The notes under the pieces were generated by a model. The model saw only the letters and a list, made by a program, of their open reading frames with translations, was not told where the DNA came from and did no database searches. The translations under genes and the position numbers were made by a program. Below are positions 22,025-33,808 of a DNA stretch of 64,000 bases, one piece after another; position 1 is the first letter of the stretch; every line of letters begins with the position of its first letter. Origin of the DNA: Fimicolochytrium jonesii (taxonomy: Eukaryota); contig NW_026515685.1 of assembly GCF_025526975.1 (NCBI RefSeq), positions 124,001-188,000 on the forward strand, in the 5' to 3' direction.

Positions 22025-23568
22025 CTACTGTTTTTCGTGTTTTGCGTCGGGTGAATTGTGTCGTTGATGACTGTGGGACCCGCCGCGGCCGCCGTCGCGG
22101 CCTCGATAGCCCTGTCCGCGGGAACGACCTTGATATCCGCTGCTGCGTGTGCTGCGGCTGCTGCTGCGGAACCCTCCCCGTTGGGTTGATGACCTGCGAT
22201 CGCCGTAGGAGGAATTGCCCCGGTTCCGCTGATCGCTGCGCGTACCGGGGGGGCCAAAAACCTTCTGGGGTCGAAGAGATTTCATGGCCTGGAGGGATGA
22301 GACGATTTTCTGCATCTGGTCGAACTCGCCGAAGAGCTCCTGCTTCCTATTCGCGCCGAATGCGCATTGTTTGTGAATGGAGTCGACGGTGGTAGCGGTG
22401 AAGCCCGCTGCTTCAAGCGCAGCCTTCTGGGCGTCGTGGACTGTCTTGGTCAGCGTTTCGCGTGCAATCAGGGTAGTGGCCTCGCAGACCGACATGGTCT
22501 GTTGGACGATGGAAACGAGTTGTTCCTGCGTCATCCCCGGCGCGGCTGATTGACCGAGGAGGGAGAGGATGGTAGCGTGCTCCTTGAAGGCCCGTAGGTG
22601 GCGGTGAACGAGGGGGGCATGTTTCGCCTTGACCTTCTTGAAAGCCTCCTTCTCTGCGGGAGAGCAATGCGCATGGAGGACATTGTCTGTGGGCGTGCCG
22701 GAGTTCATGTTGCTGGAGTAGGCGTCCAACACGTCAACTTTGGGGATGCGACGTTGGAATTCCTTCTCATTCTCCTCCTGCGTCGAGACGGACACGACGC
22801 CTTCGTCGCGGAGGATATCGGCGAGGTGCATGTTGAGCGGGATCACCGACCGGCTGGTCGGGAGGCGCACGCGGGTGTCGTCGGCGTCGGACTCGAAGTC
22901 GGAAGCGGAATGGTGCGAACCGACACCGTTTTCAGGCCCGTTATCGTCATCATCATCCCCCGGGGCAAGCGGGACGTGACGACGACGTTTGGTTTTGGGT
23001 TTCTCGGCCGCTTGAATGTCGCGGAGTGAGGGGAGCGGCTGGCTCATGGCAATGAACACCGGCTGCGTGTCCGGTTTGGGGTCCCACATGGTCTTCTGGA
23101 GCCGGGGGCGAGGGGGAAGCTCACCGGGCTTCAGGGCGAGGACAACGGGCGCCTTTTTGGCGTGAATTGCGTCGAGGCGGTGTTTGGGGATGGGACCGAT
23201 GGGCGCATTGGACATGTCGTCGTGCGTACGCTTGCGGCGCTCCCTGGCCAGGGCAATTGCGGCGTGATGGCGTTCTGCAAGCCTTTCTCGTTTTCGTTCG
23301 AGGTCGGCGATGAGGGCAGCCTGGTTGTCTCGTTCAAGAGAGGCGACAACCTGCTCGGCGTGAGCGAGATGCGCTTCCCATTCCGCAATTTCTCCGCTGT
23401 AGGGTTTGCGGGGAGGCTCGGCATGCGGCGAGGGCTGGTGCGCTCAGGGGATTGAGCGTCGTCCTCCTCGTGGTTTTCAGACGTCTCCTCGTCTCGGAGT
23501 TCGGACTGGGACGGCGTGCCGTTGTCGTGCTGAGAGTCATTGTCGTACTGAGAGTCGTTTTCGTCCAT
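22025..23568 (-). pseudogene. DIRS gag-like ORF1 (1 frameshift near 23390)
   Basis: First ORF after the 5' ITR: acidic N-terminus, coiled coil, helical core, RG/S-rich nucleic-acid-binding tail. Confidence 0.75.
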
Positions 23569-23888
23569 GATGGTGATGATGCCGCTGGTTAGAACACACG
23601 TGTGAGTCTGTGTACTATCCCGGGGAGGAGAGCGAACGTGAGTTCAAGGTCTCCTTTGTTTTGCGACTCAATGCGCTGGGTGAAAACCCAAACTGATTGC
23701 CTCTCGCTCAGAGCGGCGCCCAGTAACCCCTTTCCGTTCAGACGGAAATCACCATGGAACCCATATTTCAACGTACCTGTGTCGAGAGCGATGAATTAGG
23801 TGAGTTTTTATGAAGAATGAGAGTGCAATGTTGTGAACGGAGTGTGCGCTTAGCCTGTTTTCGTTCGGGGACCTGTGCACTCGAGTGA

Positions 23889-23974
23889 AAAAGAGATAAA
23901 GGGAAAGGGAGCTAGGGTTATCTGTTATTTATTCACTCGAGAAGAAAAATAGAGAAGCTTACTAAGCAACCTCC
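23889..23974. repeat. DIRS inverted terminal repeat (element 5' end)
   Basis: Reverse complement of 18221-18306. Confidence 0.95.
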
Positions 23975-24024
23975 GAACGGAGTCCATTAACGCAGCTTCC
24001 TTCCAGTCCCCGACATCCCGAAAA

Positions 24025-25670
24025 ATGACAGTATCTAGGCAGCTGTCAAGAATCAGTGACAGTGCTGTCAGAGGCAATCTGTCCCCGAGACCCTTTCCAT
24101 CACCCGACCAGACGGACATGGGCGGCTTCACTTCTCTCAGAAGACGTGCCACAACGCTCCATAAAGTTTTCTCAGTCGAGGCTTATTCCAAAACCAGAGG
24201 CAAACCATCCACTCCCGTTCCAGATATCCCCAACTGCCCACCACATATATTCCCGCTCACCCCAGTCCTCCCTGACTCGTACCCACACTAGTCACATCCG
24301 CAACGCGCAACAAACACCCCACCCCAGAAAAAGCGCTCGACAAAATGCCAGCCCGAACCACAGGTTGGGCCGTCGCCGACGACAGCACCAGCACCGCTTC
24401 AGGAGCCTCTTCTCGCCCCACTTCGGCTGGCTTGACTGTTTCCGCTGCTTCCAAGTCCACCGCCAACAACAACTTCAAGTCCAACGGTGCGCAGAACATC
24501 ACCACCGGCAACAGCATCACATGTTTGGTCTCAAGCTCCACCCTCTCGCACTCCTGCTCCACGTATCCCCCATCCGCCACTTCACCAAAAGCAGCTTCAC
24601 CCAAACCCAAACCGGTATCAATCTACATCGCGCCCAACCCCACCGCCGCCACGCCCACCAAACCCAAAGCGAACAATTTGAGAATCATCGCGGACACGCC
24701 GAGCCCCTCACCCCCTTCGAGCACCACCACGTCGCAGAGGAGGGCGAGGGCGCCTGATGAGTGGGATTACTCGTCGAGTGAGGAGAGTGAGGGTGGGGAG
24801 GATAATGAAGAAGAGGAGATTGTTGTCGAGTATGCGGTTCAGGCCACGACGGACACCGGCCCCACCAAAACTATGGATGTGAAAGACCAAACCCTGGAGA
24901 AACCCGAAAAAAGCAAGAAAGACCAGAACCACGAACCCAACAAAGGAAAGATCTACCGCCCCACGGTCCCCAACCGCTCCACCACCCCACCCCACACCCA
25001 CATCCCCACCACCGGCACCGAAACAGGCCTCTGGGTCGACTCCCTCCGCCCCAACCCCGAAAACGACACCGACTGGTCCGCCTTCGATACCTGCAAGCCC
25101 GCCGCGCAGACCGCGCCGAGCGAGACGCCCGACCTTGGGTATGAGGATAAGTTTCTGTTGGCGTTCGATTTTCGGATTAAGCAGAAATTGCCGGAATTGC
25201 AGTACGTCCCCATATCGTGAAATCGTTTCGGTTGAGTTACCCGGGGTTGATTGATGTTGAGGTTTTTCGTTTAGGCGGGTCGCAACACAAGCCAAAATCA
25301 AAATATCCCACGACGCCAAAAACAACGAGCTGGTCATCTCCGCCAACACCAAGGAAGAGCTCCTCGACGGGTATGCGTTCCTTTCCCCCGCCCCAAGTTC
25401 TATATTTTCCATCTCCCGCTTATCAGTCCCCCCCGTGGGTCGCCTACGGCTCCCTCCAGCTTACTCCGAGTCTACGACCTAATCGACCGCAAAACCCCGC
25501 ACATCGTCTCCACAACGCCGACGCACCTGCGGATCCAGAAACCGGACCGGCCGGGGTACTGGGGCCAGCCGAGGGAGGAGTGTGCTCAGCGGGGGGTTTA
25601 CAAGGTGTTGGGGAATGTGAGTGAGAGTGCGGGGAGTGAGAGGGGTGCGGGGAGTGAGAGCGGGGTTTGA
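24025..25670 (+). CDS. Hypothetical S/T/P-rich protein with a small C-terminal (KH-like?) domain, multi-exon
   Basis: Long ORF 24345-25203, then two GT-AG introns giving ...LQRVATQAKIKISHDAKNNELVISANTKEELLDGLLRVYDLI...; start uncertain (24025 or 24345). Confidence 0.6.
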
Positions 25671-25948
25671 TGTATGAAGGGATGATCATTTTTGGGCCGT
25701 GTTACTAAGCTCGACCAGGAAGGAAAGTGAGCGTGGAGAGAGGTAAACGGGGGTAGAACGAAACGAGTTCCTTCTGAGAAGTTCCAGTAGTATAGTAAAA
25801 ACAGTAGTCTCGCAGAAAACCCTAAACGTTTAGTGAGCACATAGTGTAGCATCCCTTACCGAACAAGGCGGGAATGTATCTATAATGGGTGTAAGCCGTG
25901 ATGTCCAGTACAGTACATGTTTCCCCAGCCGTCCCTCTCCCTTCCCAT

Positions 25949-27843
25949 CTACCCCTCCCCCTCCTCAACCGCCCCAGCAGCCCTCCCATCCCACTTTCCC
26001 CCCCACTTCCAAAATCGCACTTCCAACACTTTATCCCCACTAAACCCCTCCTGAGCCCACTCGGGTATCGGTGTCTCATACATATTCCCGTCCCATTCGT
26101 ATCGCCAGCTGTGGAGCCAGATGCTAAGTTGTTCGGGGGTGGGGTCGCGTCGGGTGAGGAGGCATTCGGTGCAGCCTGGTGCGGGGGGGAAGGTGCGGGT
26201 TACTTGTTGTTCTTGTTGCTGAGGTGGTTGTGGTTGTGGGGCGGTATCTTCAGGCTCCGATGCGGAAACAGGCGCCAAATCAGGAAATGCATGCGGACCA
26301 AGTTGTCGCACAATCGAGTCGATGTCACCCGCGGCGACCCCACCCTTCCCCATCTCCTTCCCCCAGACATCACAACAGTACAACGGGTCGTTAGCGATCG
26401 GGTGTCCGAGGAACTGCAGGTGGACGCGTATTTGGTGGGTGCGGCCTGTTAGCGGTTTGCCTGGCGGAGGAAATGTAATTTGTTTGTGAGGTTTAATAGA
26501 ATACAGGAATGTGGAAGATTTGGTGGGGTATTTACATTCGACGACGCTGGTAAGACCGTTGGTGGAGAGTCGTTTGAAGACGGTTGTACATTCTTTGCCG
26601 TCGGGCGAGACAGCGTTGATGCCGAGTTTGGGGGAGATGGTTAGGATGGGTTCCGAGCATGTGATTTCCTCCCTGAAAGTTACACACATCGGTGTTAAAC
26701 GCCATGCATTGTAACAACGAAATGAAGTGGGAATCAAGCGGTGCACGTACTCAGGAAACACCCCGCGAACCCGACACAGGTACGTCTTCTCGACCGTGCG
26801 GTCCTGGAAGACTGCCATTAGGTTCTGCGCGGCCGTTTTGGTGCGGGCGATGAGGCAGAGGCCGGAGGTTAGGCGGTCTAGTCTGTTGACGGCTGAGGTG
26901 GAATCAAACGGTCAAAGAGACAATCAACCGACGAAGAAGCGCGAAATCATGCCACTTACGGTACAACTCCTCCAAGCCAAACTCCGGACTTCGCAGAATG
27001 TGCAGGACAGTGTTATGGTGGTACCGGCCCGTAGGATGGATCTAACCCACATACACATCAATACCACCACTCATCGCCATCCGCAAAACATGTTCCTCTA
27101 CTCACAGGTAGCGAGCTCGGTTTATTAACCACCAACAGATCCTCATCCACCCGTAAAAGTTCCACCTTCTGCGCTGTCACAGGCGGCTCATGTCGATGAA
27201 TCGCGTGCGTAAGTATATCGTTGTTGCGGGGTATGTAGTCTGTTGTGACGGGTTGGTTGTTTATGAGGATATCGCCACGTTTGATCGCTTCCGCCTGCGA
27301 TTGTAAAATAGCCCAAACATTAGCATCGCCGCATGCGATGAATACGGACATGTAAAGCGCTTTCTCTTACGTAGTATTCCCGCGGTTTATCCTGGAACTC
27401 AATGGCAAAGGTCTCGATCAACGGGCGCTTCTGCCATCGGCCTTTGACGAAGGTCTCGTAGACGAACGGGTACGGCTCGACTTTTCGTAACCCTACCACA
27501 CCAAAAGTCGGGTAGTGAGTGATATGCCACAAAAGTGATAACATGTCCCGCCCATTAGCGACGTTCCCACCATGTTCAAAGTAGTAAGTAGCGTTCGTTA
27601 TCGGCTTCGATTCATGTGAACCAAAGTCTTTTCGGTTTTTCTGCCGGGGGAGGGTTTTCTTTGTCTGTGAGGAGGATAAAACGGGCGTGAGATATGAGTT
27701 CAAAAGAGAGAAGACGGGTGATCAGAGTGCAACCTTCAAGTTACCCTTGGCCGCTTGTTTGGTGGCTCTGCTGGTGTGTCTTGCTGTGCTGCTGCTGCTG
27801 CCGCTGCTGGATCTGGCTCGGTGGTTTCGTTCATTCTCTTCAT
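25949..27843 (-). CDS. RluA-family pseudouridine synthase (Rib2/Pus9/RPUSD2-like), multi-exon
   Basis: LRKVEPYPFVYETFVKGRW, HRHEPPV, NKPSSLP/IHPTGRY, NRLDRLTSG (catalytic Asp), TGRTHQIRVHLQFLGHPIANDPLY. Confidence 0.93.
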
Positions 27844-27984
27844 GTTGTCGGGGTTGATGCAGGAGAGCAAACGTGGCTTCCAATTCTGACGTCGTCGCGG
27901 CCGGTCCCAGAAGACGCTCCCTTCGACTCCTTCGACGGACTCCATTTCCTGCACAACACCACTTATTCAAAACACTCCCATACA

Positions 27985-29429
27985 ATGTCCGACGCAAACA
28001 AACGCCTGGCCTTCGCCATCACTGAGTTCCTCGCGGACTCCATCGCAAACGGGACTATCAACAAGGACGACGCTGAGGGTATCGAAGGTGGGTAACTTGA
28101 ACAGACTTCGTCCATGAAACCCCGACGCAGAACTGATCTGGAACCTCCTCAAATAGTCGCCATACAATGCATAGGCGAGGCTTTTGGCGTAGACCCGTCC
28201 GATGAGAAGCACAAGTCTCAGTTCTCTATCAAGCCCGCCACTTTGCCAAAGATCTTTGACGTGTTCCTGACGACACAGCAGAAGGCGGCCTCTTCTAACC
28301 AGGAGGCTGCTCCTGCTCCCGAGAAGGTATGCGACTATCTCCGAATGGAAATTATCGGTTTGCGTTTGAGGAAGGATTGCTGATCAAGACTCTTATGAAA
28401 AGGCTGCCCATACTTCTGTTAACTCCGGACCTTCGGCGGACTCTATCAAGGCGAAGGCTGAAGATCTGAAGGCTGCTGGTAACAAGGAGATGGCGAATAA
28501 GCAGTATGCTCAAGCCATTAAGCTGTACTCGGAGGCCATTGAGCTGAACGCTGAGAACCCCGTATACTACGCCAACAGGTGAGGATGACATGCAATCAAT
28601 CACGCGCTATGGCATCATTGATAAGGAATGTACGAAAACAGAGCCGCTGCATACACACAAGCGACAAAGTACGAGCAGGCGGTTGCCGACGCAAAGAAGG
28701 CTGTGGAGATTGACCCGACTTACGGCAAGGCTTTCAGCAGATTAGGGTAAGTGGCGGCGTCAGGGCAGACACCAGGGAAGCAGGGACAAACAGCTCACTG
28801 TCGCCCCCACCACAGCCAAGCCTACTTCTGCCTCGGCAAATACCAAGAAGCCAGCGACGCATGCGAAAGCGGTCTTAAGCTTGAGCCCGGAAATGCCGCA
28901 CTCAAGTCAACAAAAGCGGCCGCGGAACAAAGGCTCAATGAGGCCAGCGAGCCTGCAGCCAGCGCTCCCAGGGCTACTTCAGCAACACCCCGCTCGGGCG
29001 GTGGGGCTCCTGGAGCAGGCTTCTCCGGACTTGGAGGTCTTGGTGGACTCGATTTGGGGTCGATGATGAGCAACCCCAACTTCATGCAGATGGGTGGGTG
29101 CGGGGAGCCTATGGCTTCTGAAATCGTCCCCCGGTACTGACTGCTAAATCAACTTTTTCTAGCGCAAAGCATGATGAGCAACCCCGCCATGAGCTCCATG
29201 CTCCAAAACCCGGCCATGATGCAAATGTAAGCTTGACCTATACCCTTTCGATCTGAAGCAGAATCACGAGTGACTGACGTATCACATGTCCTCGTTTTAC
29301 AGGGCGCAGAGCATGATGAGCGACCCTGACGCGATGCGCAACATGATGAACAACCCGGAGATAGCGCGTATGGCGCAGAGCATGATGGGTGGCCAGGGTG
29401 GTGCTGGAGGTGTTGAGGAGGCTCCTTGA
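27985..29429 (+). CDS. SGT2: Small glutamine-rich TPR co-chaperone Sgt2/SGTA, multi-exon
   Basis: Dimerisation domain EGIEVAIQCIGEAFGVD, TPRs (AEDLKAAGN, YYANRAAAY, YGKAFSRLG), C-terminal M/N-rich STI1 repeats. Confidence 0.93.
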
Positions 29430-29968
29430 GTTCGCTTTTTAAATGTAGCAAGGTAGTTTCGACGAGTTTGTTCGTCAGGCATGTGAACCGACTGTAATAT
29501 CGTAGCATGTAGACATACTCGTAGGTTTAGATCCGCCGAGAATATCATAGGCAGTAATCGTTCATACAGTTCCATGGATGCTTTTGGTACTACAGACGCC
29601 TTGCTTGGGTGTCGAGACTTGTGCGGGGAACAGCGGCGCGCGTTTTCTGGTTGACCGTTTGCGCAGGCGGCACGGCGCAGCTGGGAAAAAGTTGCCTCTC
29701 AAAAAGTTACGTTCCTGGTCGAACAGTCTGCACCACAATTCCGACGGTCTACATAGAGACTCCAGAGCCGGTGCAACAACACTACCTTCTGCGGAGTTAC
29801 TTGATAGAATAGACGTCAGAGCACTGCCAATATCGCCGATACTCCGTTGGGCAAATAACCTGGCTGGGCTGTCGGGACGCAGGCAAACCGGGCGTTACGA
29901 AAGTTCCCACGGAGTACGCCACCAACTTCGATATTTCCCGTTTGGCCAGCATCCGTCGTTGAATAAGC

Positions 29969-32900
29969 ATGCCGCCTGTAGAGCACGGTCCGGGCGGAGA
30001 CGCCTCGCAGTCCACTGTGTCGCCGTTCTTGGTGTTTATGGCTGAGGTTGGAGGACAATTCGCTCGCGGCGTCGTCGTTGGCGGCGTGGTGATTCTTCTG
30101 GGGCAGATTTTCTTTAGGTGAGGAACGGAGGGGGCGGTGCTGGCGAGGCAGCGTCGTTTGGAGTGTGTTGTAGGTCCGAGTGTCAGGACTGACAGTATAA
30201 CTTCCCTGATACGGCAGGCTTATAAAAACTTGGTACCGCCGCCGGCAATACTCGGCCTACGACGCCATCCCGGACTACGACCCGCACCCCGACTGCGACC
30301 TAACCTATGATGATGCCGACGACAGCTCCTACATCCCGCAACCCCTCCCGCCAGACCCGTCTACCAGCACCACGCCAACACCCTCGCTGACGAAAATCAA
30401 GACCGGGGAACCGCCCGTAGTGAGACACTGTCGACTCGCTGTGAGGGCTATGCTGCATTTGGTGGAGATCTCGCCGGAGGTTATTCCGCAGGCGCAGTTG
30501 TTTACGTACAGGGGGTTGAGGGCGGGTGGGCATCAGAGGCAGGCTAGTGTGCCGGCGTTTTCGAATCCGACGACGGCGATACCTGTGCACAAAGATGCCG
30601 TGCTGGGGGATAAGGAGAAGCAAAGGGATGAGCCGAGTGCAGTACGGCCGAAAGATGAATCTGTGACCCCGCCACGCAGCAGCTTGGCTGATGAGAGCAT
30701 TTCAATGTCGAGTGGCGGGACGAGGCGGAAGTCGTCAAAGAAGCCCAAAACGGAGCGGACGAGTCTCGGTCGCGCCAGCGGAGCCCGAGCAGCTGTGGAG
30801 ATTCTGGAGAAGTCTATTGACGAGGGTAAGATTACGGCCGCGCTGCCTTCGTCCAAAAACTCCAGTCCGCACCGGCATGCGTCGGATATCTTCGACAACA
30901 GCAGCAGCCGGCAGGAGGTGTCGTTTGAGGAGAGCCGTTCCCACGAAACGCAGTCGGGCGTTACAGACGACATTCTTGCGCCGATAAAGGATTTCAAAAA
31001 GGACGATGCGCACAACAAGGCGCCGCGCCGCACAAAACTCGCCAAATCCTTTTCCGATTTCAGTATCGGGCAAGCCACCAACCGCGCCTCCTTCCACGCT
31101 GACACCGATGACGCCATCTCGGAGGAGAACGTCAGCAGGCACAGCGTCTCCTCAACCACATCGACGCCGAGTGCCAGATTGCGGAAACCGCAGTCCGCGA
31201 TGCCACTTGGCAGGAGGTCCACGTCGTCGGCGGTGGAGGATGGTCACCGGAATAGTCCTGCGTCGCCCACACCTGTGAGATCGAGCATACCGGCGACGTA
31301 TTTCGCGGCCGACCATGCCCATGAGTGGACGATCCCGGGGTTCGGTCGGATTAGGTTTACCGACCATGCTCCATTGCCGTTCAAGGCGTTGCGCACGCTA
31401 TTTGGGTACTCATTTGATGAACTGAATGAGAGTCTTGCCCGCGCTTTTAGTGTCGAAATGACAGCCGGGAAAAGTGAGAGTGGTACGTTGTGATCGTGTC
31501 TGGCGTGTTCGCTTTGCGAAGCGCGAATCCCGGGCTGATTATTGTTCGTTTCCCAGTGTTCTTTGAGACACACAACAATCGCTACCTTCTGAAAACACTT
31601 CGAGGCGCCGAAATGGAAAACCTGCGGAGTTTCCTCCCTGCCTACATCTCCTACATCTTAGACAATCCAGGCACTTTACTCCCACGCTATCTCGGCCTGT
31701 ACACATTCGAGCGTCTCACCACCGTCAACGGCCCCGCATCCTACAGTTCCGGTGCAGGCCCCAACGGCCGCAGTTTCGGCGCTTCAGGCAAACACCTCCA
31801 CCAGCAATACCAATCCTCGCAGATCGACGACGCCCTCGGCACCCGCTTCACCGTCGTGCTGATGGCCCACGTGTTCGACACCGACCTAGAAATCGCCGCC
31901 AAATTCGATTTCAAGGGCTCTAATGTCGGTAGACAAGCCTTACCAGACGACCTCAGCGCGTTGCGGCTCCCACATAACAGGAATCCGTTTAGCTCCCACT
32001 CGTCGACTTCCACAGCCGCGTCTGGGTCGGATACTACCACTAGCGGCAGCAGTCGCGGGAATAGGAGCATATCGTTTTCCAACCTTCCAAGTGAGATTAC
32101 CCTGAAGGAAGTGGATTATCAGCGGTTGATTGCGATTGGAGGCGCCAGACGGTTGATTATGGGCGAGCGCGCCAAGTTGGCTGTTTTGGCGCAGTTAAGG
32201 AGTGATGTTGCGTTGTTGAGGAAGTGGGAGTTTATGGATTATAGGTCGGTTTTTTGGGACAAGGGTTGACGTGTCAATTTTTTTTTGGAAGCTGGGGAGA
32301 CTAACGATACGGCTGCTTGGCGTTTCACAACAGTCTGCTGATAGGTGTGTACAGACACCCCCGCAAAACCGCGCCACCCGCCCCCGCTGCTCCCCCACCA
32401 CCACCCCTTCGCGCCTACTCCCACGACACATTCGCACAACTCCCCAAACACGACAAGCCCACTCGCGGCAGATCCGACTCCATCTCGTCCTCCTCCCTCA
32501 CTCCCCCCAACGAGAACAACCTACCCACAAGCCAAACAACCACCCCGTCATCAACACCCAAACGCACCGCAGCAGCAAAACTCTCCCCCATCTCCATCCC
32601 CTCCACATCCCCACGCAACCCCAGAACACAGGGACTGAGCCCGACGCTGCAGCACTTGATTCCCCCCGTCGTCAACTCCTACCCTCTGTTCCAATCTGCC
32701 CTTCGCATGCTGGACGGGTGGATCGCGCCCCCGCCTGAAGGACAGAGCGAGGCGGATGAGGAAGGGAGGGATGTGTCGGTGACATCGACGCAGAATCTGC
32801 GACGGACGCCGAGTCGTGGGAAGGATGTGGCTGGGAAACCGGTGGCTGCGGATACGTCAAGTGTTTTGAGCGATCTGGAGAGTCAGTCTGAGGCGGTGGC

Positions 32901-33717
32901 GGATACGAGCGGGAGTCGGTATAGTAAAAGTTCTGTGTCGACTGAGGACTCGGAACGGCGGTACAAGTATACGTTTGGAGGGGCGAGCGAGGATGCGCCG
33001 TCTGCGCCTTTCCATAAGCATTTTAAGGGGGGCATTCGGGGGTTAGATTTGGTGGATGACGATGATGTGCAGTATGAGGTTGGTCTTTTAAATTTATCTT
33101 CGGATGGTCGTGCCCTGCGTTTCACCCTCTGACGTGTGTGTAATCCACAGGTCTACTATCTCGGCCTAATCGACATCCTCCAGAAATACAACGTCATCAA
33201 ATGGATCGAGCGCAATCTCATCAAACGCCCGCTCTTCCTCCATCACCAATCCAGCTCCATCACCGCTTTACCCATCTCCTCTCCCGTCACCCACTCACCC
33301 GCCACGTCCACGCCCCCCATCACGACAATGGGAATTCCGGCCTCGCTATCGGGACTGTTTGGCGATCATCGCGATGCACAGTTTACTACACCCACGAAAG
33401 TCGCGTCGCCTGTGGGGGATTCGCAAACCGCGTCGTCGTCATCGTTCTCGACCACGGACATCAATAAACAGGCGCTGGGGAGTCAAAGTCCGGAAGCGCT
33501 ACGACGACCCGCAGGCCCGCTGCATCACACGTGGACGTATCCGACTCCGCGCGGGACTCCCCCACCGCCGACACAGGTATCCGCCACCCCGCAAACACCG
33601 ACGACGAACCCGATGGCACTCCTGCTTCCGGGGATGCAGAACTCGGAGACGAGCGTCGAGGAGCCGGGACGGTATGCGGAGCGGTTTGTGGAGTTCATTG
33701 AGGGGATTTTGGTTTGA
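29969..33717 (+). CDS. Phosphatidylinositol-phosphate kinase (PIP5K-like) with predicted N-terminal membrane anchor, multi-exon
   Basis: FTDHAPLPFKALR, AGKSES, RYLLKT, TLLPRYLGLY, FDFKGS, MDYSLLIGV, YYLGLIDILQKY, PGRYAERF; exon 1 (29969-30117) splices in frame. Confidence 0.88.
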
Positions 33718-33768
33718 ATGAGTGGGAACCGATATCCCGTGGAGCGCAAAGCTGGACTGTTTCACTCA

Positions 33769-33771
<3 letters not shown>

Positions 33772-33801
<30 letters not shown>
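33772..33801. repeat. (AC)15 microsatellite
   Basis: Read directly; downstream of the PIP5K stop. Confidence 0.95.

Positions 33802-33808
<7 letters not shown>

Larger units (their letters stand above)
18175..23988 (-). mobile_element. DIRS1-like tyrosine-recombinase retrotransposon, full length
   Basis: ITRs 18221-18306 and 23889-23974; ICR 18526-18613; gag, RT, RNase H, MTase and YR coding regions; no integrase or protease; no target-site duplication beyond an AT(T) core. Confidence 0.96.
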
